Source: Catajapyx aquilonaris
Taxonomy: Eukaryota
Assembly (NCBI GenBank): GCA_000934665.2
Contig: JYFJ02001697.1
Coordinates: 1 to 64,000 of the forward strand
DNA: 64,000 nt
Direction of reading: 5' to 3'
Shown: positions 25,501 to 37,750 of the stretch, piece after piece
How the letters are laid out: the number at the start of each line of letters is the position of its first letter
Position numbering within the stretch: the first letter of the stretch is position 1
The notes under the pieces: model-generated
The model's database searches: none
The model's input: the letters and a program-made list of their open reading frames with translations, nothing else
What the model was told of the DNA's origin: nothing
Position numbers and translations under genes: made by a program

Positions 25501-28500
25501 CAGGTGCCCTCCTTCAGCACTTTGCCCTTCCTCTGTCCCCTACCAGAACTGCAGGGATTGGACCATTAATTATATTTGTTCCATCTGCAGCCTGAATCTG
25601 GGGAAGACGCCATAGGGTGGAAAAAAAGAGATGGTGATTAATTCTGGAGTGTGTTTCACGTCTCAGTGACTGGGAGGTCACATTTGAGCAAGCACAGAGT
25701 TTGTGTAACAAAAGAGCTGACCGTCTGTGTTACAATGGCAAGAATCAAAAGTGAGGAACAGATATTACTGTAATACGACATACCCGGAACTATTCAAAAG
25801 TCAATTATCACCTACTGGTATAATAACAGGAAGAAACTGTATTTCATCATATCCTGTGGCTTAACTTGTGTTTTTTTTGTTCTTTCTTCAAAATACTCAT
25901 TAAAAGATCAAGGCTTGGGAGGAGTAAGACATATCACTTTAAAACAATTCGAGTGTTTTCCCACTCGATCACTTTAGTGGAAAAATTCACCCAAATTGAG
26001 ATTATTTTCAACTCAAACTAATTGGATTTTCAACTCAATTTGAGCGAAATGACCATCAGCACTCAATTCGAGTTAAACCACCACTCTAATGAAGCTAAAA
26101 TGGATTTCACTAAATAAAAGAGTAATCTCCCCTTCGTTTTCACTCTTCTTTCGAGTAATTTTTCACTCGATGGAGTTGAAGTAAATCTTTGCGGAGTGAA
26201 ATTCACTCAAATAAAGCATTTTTGAGTGACATTTTAATCGGAAAATGTTTAGCGAGGACATAGCTAATACTCACACATTTATTGCATATCATATTAATAA
26301 AATATTAAGAGCCTGTGTAGGGGGTAGTAACATCATATTTTAATTACAATATTTTAGTATTGCCAAATTGCAGCTTGAATGTGACACTCTCATGTTATTC
26401 ATAATTTAGCCCAAATGTGACATAATATTAGTTCTGTAACAGATTATTTCAGGGGAAAAAAAGCTTCTGTCCATTCTTGCGCAACATTATCGCCCTATCA
26501 TTCTTATCATGTAGTTGTAATAGATACGCTCGATTGAACATATATCTCCTTCTAAACCGATGGGACGCGAAACGGATGGGACTTGCAATATACGAAAAAA
26601 AAGAAGTTTTCCACCCCCAGGAAATGAGAGGGCAGCAACATCCGTTTGAAAATGGCGTTTTTCACGATGGGGTTAGATTTAGGTTGTATCTTCACCCAAA
26701 TTGGGGTTTTTTGCTTGTGAGTTGTAGGGCAAGCAGTCAGGTATGACAAAGCCGGTGACCAGACAACAGGTTTTGTCTATATTTTTTTTATAAATTTTGT
26801 ACAGTGTACAGATTTTGGCAGATTGATATGAAAAAGAAGGAAGGTCAATGTGCGAAATGTTTCCGGTTAGTGTCCGATCCTCGCATGTGAGTCTCCGCCC
26901 TGTCTTACGTGCCCTGGAGGTGGGGAGAGACGCTTGAGAGATGGGTGGTTTTCTTGTCGCAAAGTCGTGAATATAACGGAGGTTGTAGTGAAGACGTTTT
27001 TTTTTGCTGGTAGTAACGGAATTCTGTGCGTCGCAAATATGTACTACTGTAAGTACATTAAATAAACAAATAAATCGAACACTCCTACCCCAGCCTTATG
27101 GAGCTGTACCCATAGGGAGTGGGGTTTCCGCTTGGGCGCTGTAGTTTCCAAGTGTGTGGCGATCCTGGCGGACGATTTTGCATCCATATTGCCTATCAAA
27201 CACAAAATTATATGCTGGCGCAACAGTCTTCCAGTGATGAGTGCAATGCCTCATAGCATGCTAGTACTGTACGTTAAGTGCAGCCTATCCCAACTGGTTT
27301 TTGGCACATCCAGTACTACAAGGCAACGGTGCGCTACGTACTTGTGAAGTTCTGTTTCCTGTATTTCACACGGGTCCACCGCATTTTATCCTGAAAATAC
27401 CGCACCCTTCTTTGCAATGCAGTGTCAAGTGGTTTGACACACATTTTGCCACCATTTTGTCACACTTTTAGCTACGAATAAGTTCACTGGTACAGAAACC
27501 GGTTGTATCGCATACAGAAAATAGTTTTCACCCCCATTGTTGTCAATGGTTGTCAACAATAAGTATGAAACTTTTCTGGCTTCATGTGCAGAATTGAGCC
27601 ATATTGGTCATGTACTTTCACTGCATGCATGGCCTTCGATGTTTACAATCTTTTTTTTCTTGGAGGTGCCCACAACCTTCCTCCCCTCGTCCCAGGTAAA
27701 GCCAATGGACCCGTCCCTTAAATCCGAGCTTTCCAAAGGGGCAGGTGAGGCCAGGTAATGGTGGTGGTGGTGGGGGTTTACCTTGCAAGAGAAGCAGGCT
27801 CTGATCGCCTCCAGCAGGTTGCTTTTCTTATTCGGAAAAGTTGGCTCGAATTTTAAATTCGCTATATTTGTTGTTCACCATTTTTTTAAAGGGGGTGTAC
27901 AGGTGGGGACAGTTGTTCTGGGGGGAACTGTATGGATAGGGGTGGTCACTCATACGTGTACAGGTGGGTCAGGGGAGGGTTGGTCACGCTTTGGTTGTTG
28001 CTGTGAGGCCAAAGCATAGCCCCTGCCAATTTTTACCTGGCTGGAAGGAAGCAGTGTCCCGGGAGAGTGAGCTCAGTTCAGGTGGTCCTTGGACCTAGTG
28101 GTTGGTTTAGGGACAAAAACCAAGTAGTGGACACTTGGACCATGCGACATAAACTTGGAAGTTCAATGGTGCAGATTGGAAAGGTCAGTTCAATTTTTAT
28201 TTGCCGCGCAAATTTGGTGACGTGTGCACATGGACGCCATTTTGTTCACGAAAATGTCCCGTTGCATTGTACGGCATCAAAGACAAATATCTTCGCTCGG
28301 TTGGTTACAAACTTTGTAAGACAAAAGGACGGTTTTAAAGTATATCCTGGGTGACTCACAACGTTTTCTTGTGTTTGAAAAATGGGTTGGCGTCATCGTG
28401 TATAAATCAGTCTGTAGTTGGAGTGGAACGCACTTTTGGTTCCATTTATATTTTCGACGCTCTTAGGCCCTGGAATGTGTAAGAGGGTGAAAATTGATCC

Positions 28501-31500
28501 GATGTTTTCGTGTCCGTGTCAAGAACAGGGGGGGAGGCCATAAGGGCAGACATGAAAGTGGCCCTTTTTCCTGGAAATCTAGCGATTGAGACCGGTCTTT
28601 GAACCGTGTCTAATGATGTTAATTGCTGGGTATAAGGACCATATTGCATTTTGGTTGTAATATCTTGGATAACCTCATTACGCAAGAGTGGCACGTTCTA
28701 GCGATCGAATGTGTGTACAGTACATATATTTTTAATATTATTGTTTGTTCGTGTAAACGTGACTGATTGCAATAATGTTAATGTGACGCTTACTCACAAC
28801 AATGTGTAACTAGCGAGAATTCAACTGGAAATGTGTACATGTGGCTACATGGGGGGATGAAAATTTATATTATTTTGATAGCTAATTTCTGGTGACCTAG
28901 CAAGATTGTTTGTTGTTAAATTTTCAACATAATTTTCTTCTAACAATTGAGCAAATAAACAACTAAAATAATAACTAAACATCTATCAATTGTACAAGTG
29001 TCCTACATGTAGGACATTAGACAAGTCTGGGTTAATAAGGAAAATAACTGATTGTATAAAATAAAAATTACATAAAATAATTTGATCAATCTTTGCTTGG
29101 TAAAAGAAGGAAGATGCTATAATCTGGGAGTATATACTACATAAGAGGCGCAAACATTCGATTTCCGCGTCTCTCTGTTTGGGGCGTTGCCAAGGCTGGC
29201 GGCCATCTTGAAGTGTGTGGAACGCCAACGAGGTATAAATAGGGTACATGCAAAAATAGGGTCCCCATCTTAGATTCGCGCGTGTTCTTGCCGTGTAGTT
29301 GCCATGGCCGCCAAAACCATCAAAGATGGCGGACCCTATTTTTGCCTGTACCCTATTTATACCTCGTTGGCGTTCCACACACTTCAAGATGGCCGCCAGC
29401 CTTGGCAACGGCCCCAAACAGAGATACGCGACGAACATCAAAGGGCCGACAGAAGTTTGCGTCTCTTATGTAGTATATTATGCTCCCTGCTATGTCCATT
29501 GAATTAATTCATATGACCTCAGATTGGATGGCATTTGATTACACATGCTTCAACAATTATTATTAGAACTTTTTTAAATACTTAGCACCACCCTGTCCAG
29601 TTATGCCTTGGGTGTATTTTTACCCACGATTGAGAGAATTAATGACAGGCTTCTAAAAACCGGTTAATTTACATTTTTCAACACCTTGGGTCCTCCCTCC
29701 GCCCAAAAAAATCTAATTTCCAAATTTTGGACATTTTCAGGTACTGTGGCACCTGGACATATTCCGTCGCAGCTTCCGAGAGTTGTCCGGTCACACCTGC
29801 CTGTCCGATTCCTGCATCTTCTGCGCACTCAAGGTACGTTTGAAATACTCCAAGTACTACATAATGATAAGGGATGGGGTCATGTGGTCACGACCCGCCC
29901 AAGGGTTCATTATTCCTCCCAGTTGATGGGGGTCCTCCAGCACAAGATTTTCCAGCATTTCACATGCTGGTAAAAAGTCGCGTGCAGGAAGAAGAGTTTT
30001 TTTGAAACCTCGTAGGGGGGGTGTTTTTCCCACGGGGTTTTTGGAACCATGTCTGCCACGCTGCTTTGCTTTTGAGCTTCCGGTAAACAAGCGCTTCACC
30101 AGCTGGGAATTGGTCAGGTGGGGGTGAACTTTTTTTTATAGGCGTCCAATTTTCGAGTGGACAGGTGAGCAGGACTGGCCACCAGGTGATATGCGTCATG
30201 CGATGTGTGTCACCTGTTGTGGGGCATTAGGTAAAATGTTACATGTGCAGAGGGGGGGATTACACACAAAAAAAATTAAATGGGAGGTTACGGCACGTGT
30301 ACTCTAGCTCTGGACATTAATTTTTTGTTTTAAAGTTTTTAGGCACGTGGACCTTATGTAAGTGGGTGCCATGTGTTGGATTATTTTGACGAAATATCAA
30401 AAGTACCTGAAATATTAGCACCCCCCGATTGACTCATTTCATGAATTGTTTACTCTTATTGGCTTGTTTGTCTAACCAGTGACATTTCAAGCGGAAAGGC
30501 CTTCAACTAATACGTCTTGAGACAATTTTACGCTCAGTCTGCGTCAACCTATGCTGCTAAAGAGGTCGTACACAAAAGTAGTCACGCTGTTGCTGTGTTG
30601 ACTGCAGCGTGACAGTGCGTGACGTTGGAGGCATTCGCTGAGCATGTGCCCAACATTTCCGCAAAAAAAAAGAAAAATACGATATTTGCGTATAGGGGAA
30701 TTCACTTATCGTACCTATGCCTCAAAAAATCCAAAATGTCGATAGAGTCGACGATAGGCTGATTTGCAAATTTTGATCCACATTTCCATAAGAAATGCAA
30801 AAAAATATATATCCATTTTTAAATAACCCCCCAAATTTTGAGAGGGCTGATTTGCAAATCATAGATCGTACCATAGGAGTATATATAAATTTCAGGTGTT
30901 GCCAACTTGATCCGAATTAATCATATGGCGAAACTTTCTCATGATTACACCACAATAAAACAACAGTGAGAAGATGTCTCGATGTTGACATTCGTAGTCC
31001 TTTCACCTTGTTCTCAGCTGGAAGCAAAACTTGCTGGCTGGTAGTAAGTTTGGGGAGTCCCACCCCCCTCCCCAGACAGAACGTGCGACATAATAATTTA
31101 CACCCACCCGGCCTTACCAAGCTGGGATCTATACAAGGCGTGCTGTGGCTTCATCTCCCGCCATAATCTGGCGCCAATTCCCTGGAAGGTAAAAGGGGTA
31201 AATGGCCCTGGAGAGACTGAGAAGAGAACGTGTTTGAACCGCCATCTTGATGCGAGGTTGTCAGACTTTGTTTCGCGCCAGTTTTGCCCTTCAGTAGGAC
31301 ATAGAGTACAGTGTCTGAAGGTTTGGGTGGGGCCAGTCAACCCCTTCTAAGATCTATATGGGCGGGGTTGATCTGGAAAAAAAAGGACACGATGGCGCCA
31401 TCGGCAGGTCACAACTAGTTGCAATGTACTAATTGGCCCTATTTGAACTACGAACATAAGAACAACTGGACAATTAATGATGGTCGTTTGACGTATACGA

Positions 31501-34500
31501 AGAGTGATCTTCCAAGTGGGGGCGGTCAGACTGATCCTTAACTCTTCAGTCATCCGTGGGTCACGGGCCGGTTGGTGTGACCCTCGAGATTTCTCATGGG
31601 TTGAGTAAATGCGCTGTTAATCCAACCGGGACCTAAGTTTTTTTCAGTAGTTTTGCAGACGAGACAAGGAGTGAAAGTTTTTGCAATTCTCTATAACATA
31701 TAATGTAACGTTGTCGTTATTTGCAAAGTTGCTGTTCTTGTTCGTGGTAAAGGGCTCCCGGGAAGTCATGCGCGTGAGGTCAGCAGGAGCCGTAGTCGTG
31801 ACCTCTACGCATGTTACTGTGGTGTTGAGATAAGGACAAAAATTGGTCGCGTTCATACTAAGATTCATCAACTCGGGTTGACAGTTTAGGTCCATTTCGT
31901 GCCTTGTTCATTGTCAATGGTGTGTGACATGTGTGGACTCGGCCTGTCAGCAAAGCTCCAGTCATTTCCATATGAAGAAACATGTATAGTCGTGAACAAA
32001 AAAATGCATGTTGACACACTTGGTTATGCAGCCATTTTGGATCCACATTGTTGATGTAATAGGTGGGTCATTTGAGTGTTCCGCCATTTTGGATCCAGAT
32101 TTAGACGCGGAAGGGTGTGTCTCTTTTTGTTGGCGACGGTACGGCTCCTTTAGCATTTGACAACACGGTGTCCGCACGTGACAAAAGGAGAGCAGAGTCG
32201 AGGCCACGATCACGATTCTGTATATAGGGGTGGGAGAGAGGAGAAAACCGTGATGAGATGCGCGGGAGAACGTGAGCCAGGCCCCTACTACATAACAAAA
32301 CAAAACAAAAAAAAAAATAAGAGGACCTTCCAGTTCTTAAAAAGAGACCAATGATGACTCAGAAGATTTGTCGTGATCGGAGGCCACGAGCACTTTGGCT
32401 TCAGAAATTGATTTGCTGGCTGAGACATAAATGGAGCTCGTGTGAAAGCTTGCCTCTATAGTACGCGTCACGATTTATTTGTAGAGTACTGTACAAACCA
32501 GTCAGGGTATCCCCACGAAAAAAAAAAATCATTTACATAAAATTTTTATTGTTACGTAGGATTCAAAGGAACCGTGGCTAATTTAATATATTTTTTTCGG
32601 TTCTAAGGGTACTTAGCACTTTTCCTGCGGTTTTCTCACATAATTGTGTAATCACACTGATCTTAGCTAACCTTCTAGGAATACTGCGGTTTGCCCCCAT
32701 TTTTGGTCGCCAATTTTTTGAGCCACAAAAAAATGGCGTAAAAGTGAAACCGTCGTGGGATCTTTGTCGCGATCCAACCAGGCGTTTCTATAGCTTGCGT
32801 AACTAGATCAAGCACTTTCAAACGTAGCCAAAATAATGCCTTTGTTATCAGGCTCCAAGATAAGGTTTGATTGTGCAAAAAAAAACATAAGATGGACTTT
32901 GGATCCTTTTAGCTGAGGCAAGCTTGGATCAAGGGCACACGTTGTGTTTTTCGAGGAACTGATGCTCAGGTATTTCCGGGATGTACAATGTTGCCGAAAG
33001 TACTTGCGAATTTTTTATAATGTAGAGAGTGCTAAGTGGGTTTGTTGAGGATTAGTGGTGTCAAAAGTGTCCGACACCACACCGGCTGTAGTTTCTGCAA
33101 CTGATTTTTCGGTATTGTTTTATCCTCAGGATTTGTTTGCTCAACTGCAATACAGCCACGAGTCTGCGCTGCCACCGGATACTCTTCGAAGAGCTTTGGC
33201 TGAAACATTTTTCAACCAGCAGCGTTTCCAGCTTGGTTGTATGGACGATGCTGCCGAATGTTTCGTAAGTTCCCTGTTCATTATAATAATAATTATAAAT
33301 TCTGTGGAAACAATGACAATCATTAAGAAGGATATTCCTTCATGTACCTGCCCGTGGGGAACACTTTCCAACATTTTGAAACAAACAAGAAAACACCTCA
33401 GGACACTTGTTTGAAGCGAGATCTCACAGTTCTGTAGATAATAATTACAACAATTTGTCTTGAGTTGGTGTGTCATATTTTGCAACAACAAGTAGGTGCC
33501 TCGGGTCACCCTGAAGCGAGTTTCCAAGACCTTGAGGAATACCAGGAAGAGTGAGGCATTTCGCCTACTATAGCACTCATCCTTTTCTAGTATAGAGACC
33601 TTGCTATTTGAATTATTCATTCAGTGAACTTTGCATGGGTGTACAATTCTATTGATATAAACCAACATTGTTGTTTTTGTCATATTGGACCAAAATGTAA
33701 TGAAAAATGGAGAAATATTTTTGTATTGGCTTTTGTTGCTCATTTTTATTTTTTCCATAGGAGAACATCCTCCTCCGTATCCACTTCCACATTGCGAGTG
33801 GAGAGTCCGAGGACATGTGTAGCAGCCTGGATTGCATTCCGCACCAGAAGTTTGCCATGACACTGGTGGAGCAGAGTGTGTGCGGTGCCTGCGGTGCCAC
33901 CTCGGAGCCGCTGCCGTTCACCCAGATGGTGCACTATGTGTCGGCTTCTGCTCTGACAGCACAAGCACAGCATGCGTCTACCAGAGGTACCTTCAGTCAG
34001 ATGCTGCGGAGGGCTGGAGGAATGGGCGACATCAGAGATTGCCCTGTAAGTTGGGACTGTTGGGAAGCATAATTTGCATTTAGTAACATTTTCTGATCGC
34101 CATAAGCCAAAGTATTCAAAACATTATTTTTCTTGTTGCTTTGAAGATAAGAATTTGAACTTATATTTACTCAATAACGTGGTCAATGTTGGACATCTTT
34201 TTCCATATACAGATGAGATCATGACTTTTGGGACAGTGAATGAAAGTGTTTGGTGTACTGTGAGCAGATTGGTAATTGAACTTTATTTTTACAGAGCGCA
34301 TGTGGTGCCAAGATTCAGATCTGCCGAGCCCTGATGAATCGTCCCGATGTGGTTGCCGTTGGAATCGTGTGGGATTCGGAGCGTCCAACCCTCGAGCAGA
34401 TAATGGGTGTGTACGGTGCAGTGGGCACCTCCTTGCACCTTCGCGATGTCTTCCACAAGGTAGTAGACGAACGCTGGGCAACGCAAACTGCTCACCAGCT

Positions 34501-37500
34501 GGTTGGAGTGGTCACCTACTATGGGAAGCATTACTCCACCTTCTTCTTCCACACCAAGTTGAGGGTTTGGATCTACTTTGATGATGCCAGTGTGCGAGAG
34601 GTTGGTCCCAGATGGGAGCATGTGGTTGACAAATGCCGAAGAGGGAGGTGCCAGCCGCTGCTGCTGTTGTATGCCAACCCACAGTTTGGATCACTACCAC
34701 GAGGAGTGAGCCAAAGAAGGGCAATTACCCCGAATCCGGAGCGACCTGGAATGGAAACCAAGCCGCGTCGGGCCATAACGCCCAATCCTGAACACAACGA
34801 GGATGATCCTGTGTACATATCTCGGAAGAGAGTTGAAGAGGTCTTGAACTACCAGAAGCAGCAGAGTCGAAAGGTGTCACCACCAGATGGTTTGCATGTA
34901 CCGGATGCTGCAAATGTTCCAGGACGACGTGACTCTGGGAACTGGAGCGGTGATCGCAACAGTGCATCATCATCCTCCTCAACTTCTCTGGAGAACCCAT
35001 ACGTATTTTTGGTTGGACGTCAGGCAGCCAAGCCCGCACCAAATCCTCAAGACCAAGGGTACGACTCCTTCTCATTGTCTTCCAATGACAGCTATCACAT
35101 ACAACAAGGGCTGAAGCACAACCTGCAGCTAAGCCAGATTCCGGAGGACCAGGCAACCAACAACCGAGGCATTTACCAGGCGAAGGTGCCAACACCATAT
35201 GTAAGCGACGACTGTGAGAAGCTGTGCTTGGAAGCAGACCACCTGCTGGATAACTCCAGGGCAAACGAGGAGTCCGGCGATCTTCAAGCTGCTCTCCAAC
35301 TCTCAAACATGGCTGCCCAGAAATCACGGGCTGCGATGGATGCCCCATACAACAACCCCCAGATGATGACCTTTGCACGCATGAAGCACAATGCTTGTGT
35401 GGTGAGGTCGAGGTCACTGTACCGTCGTCTGGTGTTGCAGAATGGTGATGGCTCCATTGTGCAACCGGTGGAACAGCCAGAGGGACGTCACAGCAGGCAA
35501 GGGAGCCGTGATTCGGGGAAGCACCGACGTGACTCCAGCAGTTCCAACAAGGACAGGGATATCCAGAAGGCAAAGAGCATTGAGATATATGCTACGTTGC
35601 CGAAGAAAAAGGGGAAGAAGGAGGGCCTGTATGCCGACAAAGCCAAGTTGGCCGAGTATTTTGGGAAGGAGCGGAAAGGGGTGGAACATTCAAATTCCAA
35701 ATTATCTGACCATTCCAAGATGTCCAAACTGACCAGCATGTCCACTTCTAAACTGGAGCATGCCAAGGTGTCCGATCATGCCAAGATGATTGCAAAGGTG
35801 GCCAACCGCTCCTTTGAAGATGACGACCAGACCAAGGTGGGCGGCAAGAAGCAGCACCGGATACGCCGGAAGCTTCTGATGGGTGGTCTCATTCGCCGGA
35901 AGAACCGGTCAATGCCTGACCTACGTGAGGACCAAGATGGTGCCTCGTCAGTAACGAAGAGGTCATATGAGGAGCCAGTCGTTTCATCAACCCCTCGCGA
36001 AGCCAAGTCTGGTTATTTGTCTGAGGGACATATGGAGTACTCCAATCCAAACCTGGAACGCTCCAGGCTGATGCGCAAGAGCTTCCATGGCAGCGTTGGC
36101 AAATGCAATGGTATGGCGCCAAAGGTCCCGCCACCACCTCCACTCCGGACAACCTCACAGCTTTCCCCGCAGCGTTCAATTGAGGACCGTCCGCCCTACC
36201 CTCTTCCAACGGAGGCAATGCTACCGACACCCAGTTATCCGGCAACCATTGGCAGCACGGGGTATCAATCAAATCAGATCGTGGTACGAGCTGATGTCCA
36301 CCGACACAGCCAGTTGTCAGTAGCATCGATGGCACCTGTGTCCGAAGACCCATTTGGACTACCACCATATCCACAAATCCCACCGAATGCATCTCACTCG
36401 AGGCAGAGCAGCGAGGAGTTTCCTCCACCGCCCCCACTGGACCTAATGGAGGAGATGACAAAGCAGCAGGTCATGCAACCGCAACAGCTCCAGCAGCCCC
36501 AGCAGCCGCAGCAATCATCCGAAGCCCCAACCGGTAAGATTAATGAATCCCATTGTACGTCACAAGCTTTTTACTCACCGATCTCTCACCTGTGAGGTCA
36601 CTCTACAATACAAATCCATTAATCATTAACTTGTATTCCAACAGGAGAGACATGGCTGAGAGAGCTCCAGGCTGCCCTGAAGATGCGCAGAATGAACAGC
36701 GACATTGGCCCCACGTCATTTTCTCCACCTGCTGCTGATGACCTGCCAAAACCATCATCAGTCAAGGACCTGGCCTCGCAGTTTGAGAAGATTAAAATGT
36801 CAACTGGCGGAGAGGATGTGGTCGATGGAGCATCCAATCGCAACCTGGCTGACCAATACCGTGCTGCTGTGGGTGGTCCAGACAACAACAAGCGTGGAGA
36901 CACCGTCTTCAATACCGGTGTTGTCACGGTGAAGAAACGAGAGTGCTTGGACCAGACTGCTTCAGCACCTGCGGCAGGAGCGGAGAAGAAGAAGAAGGCG
37001 AAGAAGAGTGTAACTTTCTGTGATCAGGTGGTGTTAGTGGCAACCGCTGAGGACTCTGAAGAAGATGGGTACATTCCAAACCCGATACTTGAGCGCGTGT
37101 TGAGGACAGCCTTCCAGATGCAGCAGCAACCAAATTCCATACCTGCATCATCATCATCTCAGACATCGTCTTCCCATACTTTACTTCCGTCCAAACCTTC
37201 TTCTTCCCAGGCATCTCAATCATTACCTTCTTCCCATGTGTCCCAAGCGTTACCTTCTTCCCAGGTGTCGTCTTCCCAGTTACCGTCACCTCAGGCTGTA
37301 CTGCCAATTCAGACATTACCAACTGCCCAGCCAGCAATGCAACACTCATTACCACAGCAAGCGCAGGGCCCATATGTGCAAATGTCACGACCCTTCCCAC
37401 CGAGGCAGCCTCCACCTTACCAAGCCCACCGTTTTGCCCATCCTCCGCCGCCTCCTCCGTCCCAAAAGTGCCAACCGCATCCAAGTGGGGCAATCAGCAG

Positions 37501-37750
37501 GCCGCAAACATCAATGGCCACTCACCAAACAATGCCTGTGCACCAGGCAGCCATGGCTACTCATCAGGCAGCTATGGCTGCCCATCAATCGGCACTGGCC
37601 AACCACCAGGCAGCTATGGCCTCACACCAGGCAGCTCAACAGCCGACAATGATTCGTTGCCACTTGTGCAGGAAGCGACAGATTGCAGCACCTGCCATGT
37701 ACTGTCCCGATTGCGATTTTTACATGTCGAGGTTCAAGCCCAAGAAGTAA
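19383..37750 (+). CDS. ec: USP53/USP54-family ubiquitin-specific protease (echinus-like), 1332 aa; exons 19383..19523, 29741..29833, 33130..33264, 33761..34045, 34295..36533, 36645..37750
   Basis: Spliced: [184 protein letters not shown]. These are hallmark USP53/54 motifs. All introns are GT-AG with consistent phases (0,0,0,0,1). Confidence 0.93.
23116..23370 (+). CDS. Candidate alternative first coding exon of the USP53/54 gene (85 aa, no Cys box)
   Basis: ATG ORF with protein-like composition ([17 protein letters not shown]) ends at a phase-0 donor CCG|GTACTT, compatible with exon 29741. TATAAGA at 23041. Confidence 0.45.
24760..25090. repeat. Degenerate repeat (probable MITE remnant) with recurring AATTTTCTG(A/C)GTATCGC motifs in both orientations
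   Basis: Motif copies at ~24805, ~24950 and inverted at ~25000. Confidence 0.4.
25936..26257. mobile_element. Degenerate MITE-like element with many ACTC(A/G)A / TTGAGT sub-repeats
   Basis: Dense cactc/gagtg motifs; CACT-type left end, eroded right end. Confidence 0.4.
29126..29487. mobile_element. Fold-back MITE with ~145-bp inverted arms
   Basis: gggagtatatactacataagaggcgcaaac...ggccatcttgaagtgtgtggaacgccaacgaggtataaatagggtaca is mirrored by tgtaccctatttatacctcgttggcgttccacacacttcaagatggcc...gtttgcgtctcttatgtagtatattatgctccc. Confidence 0.85.
29741..29833 (+). CDS. ec: USP53/54 exon 2 (missed by the ORF track)
   Basis: ttttcag|[31 protein letters not shown]|gtacgt; 93 nt, phase 0/0. Confidence 0.92.
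33130..33264 (+). CDS. ec: USP53/54 exon 3
   Basis: cctcag|DLFAQLQY...MDDAAECF|gtaagt. Confidence 0.92.
33761..34045 (+). CDS. ec: USP53/54 exon 4
   Basis: ccatag|[10 protein letters not shown]...IRDCP|gtaagt. Confidence 0.92.
34295..36533 (+). CDS. ec: USP53/54 exon 5 (His box plus long disordered tail)
   Basis: ttacag|SACGAKIQ...YYGKHY...YFDDA...EAPT-G|gtaaga. Confidence 0.92.
36645..37750 (+). CDS. ec: USP53/54 last coding exon (KSVTF motif, C-terminal CxxC..CxxC)
   Basis: caacag|[16 protein letters not shown]...[16 protein letters not shown]...[11 protein letters not shown]...[22 protein letters not shown]. Phase 1 matches the 36533 donor. Confidence 0.88.

Noticed and set aside
25097..25503. 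Another alternative first exon of the USP gene
   Set aside because: The long ORF stops before any donor, and the frame ending at CAG|GT (25503) has no ATG after its last stop.
27706..27758. [13 protein letters not shown] exon with strong donors
   Set aside because: The donors fall in phase 1 or 2, incompatible with the phase-0 acceptor at 29741. It could only be a non-coding exon.
28986..29507. 151-aa ORF and neighbours
   Set aside because: They lie in the palindromic MITE, and the same peptide appears on both strands.
34334..36595. 753-aa and 355-aa ORFs as two separate genes
   Set aside because: They are joined in frame by a 111-nt phase-1 GT-AG intron (36534-36644). The stop at 36595 is intronic.
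34725..37493. Long antisense ORFs (282, 190 and 189 aa) over the USP exons
   Set aside because: Shadow ORFs of GC-rich coding sequence, with no recognisable motifs or splice logic.
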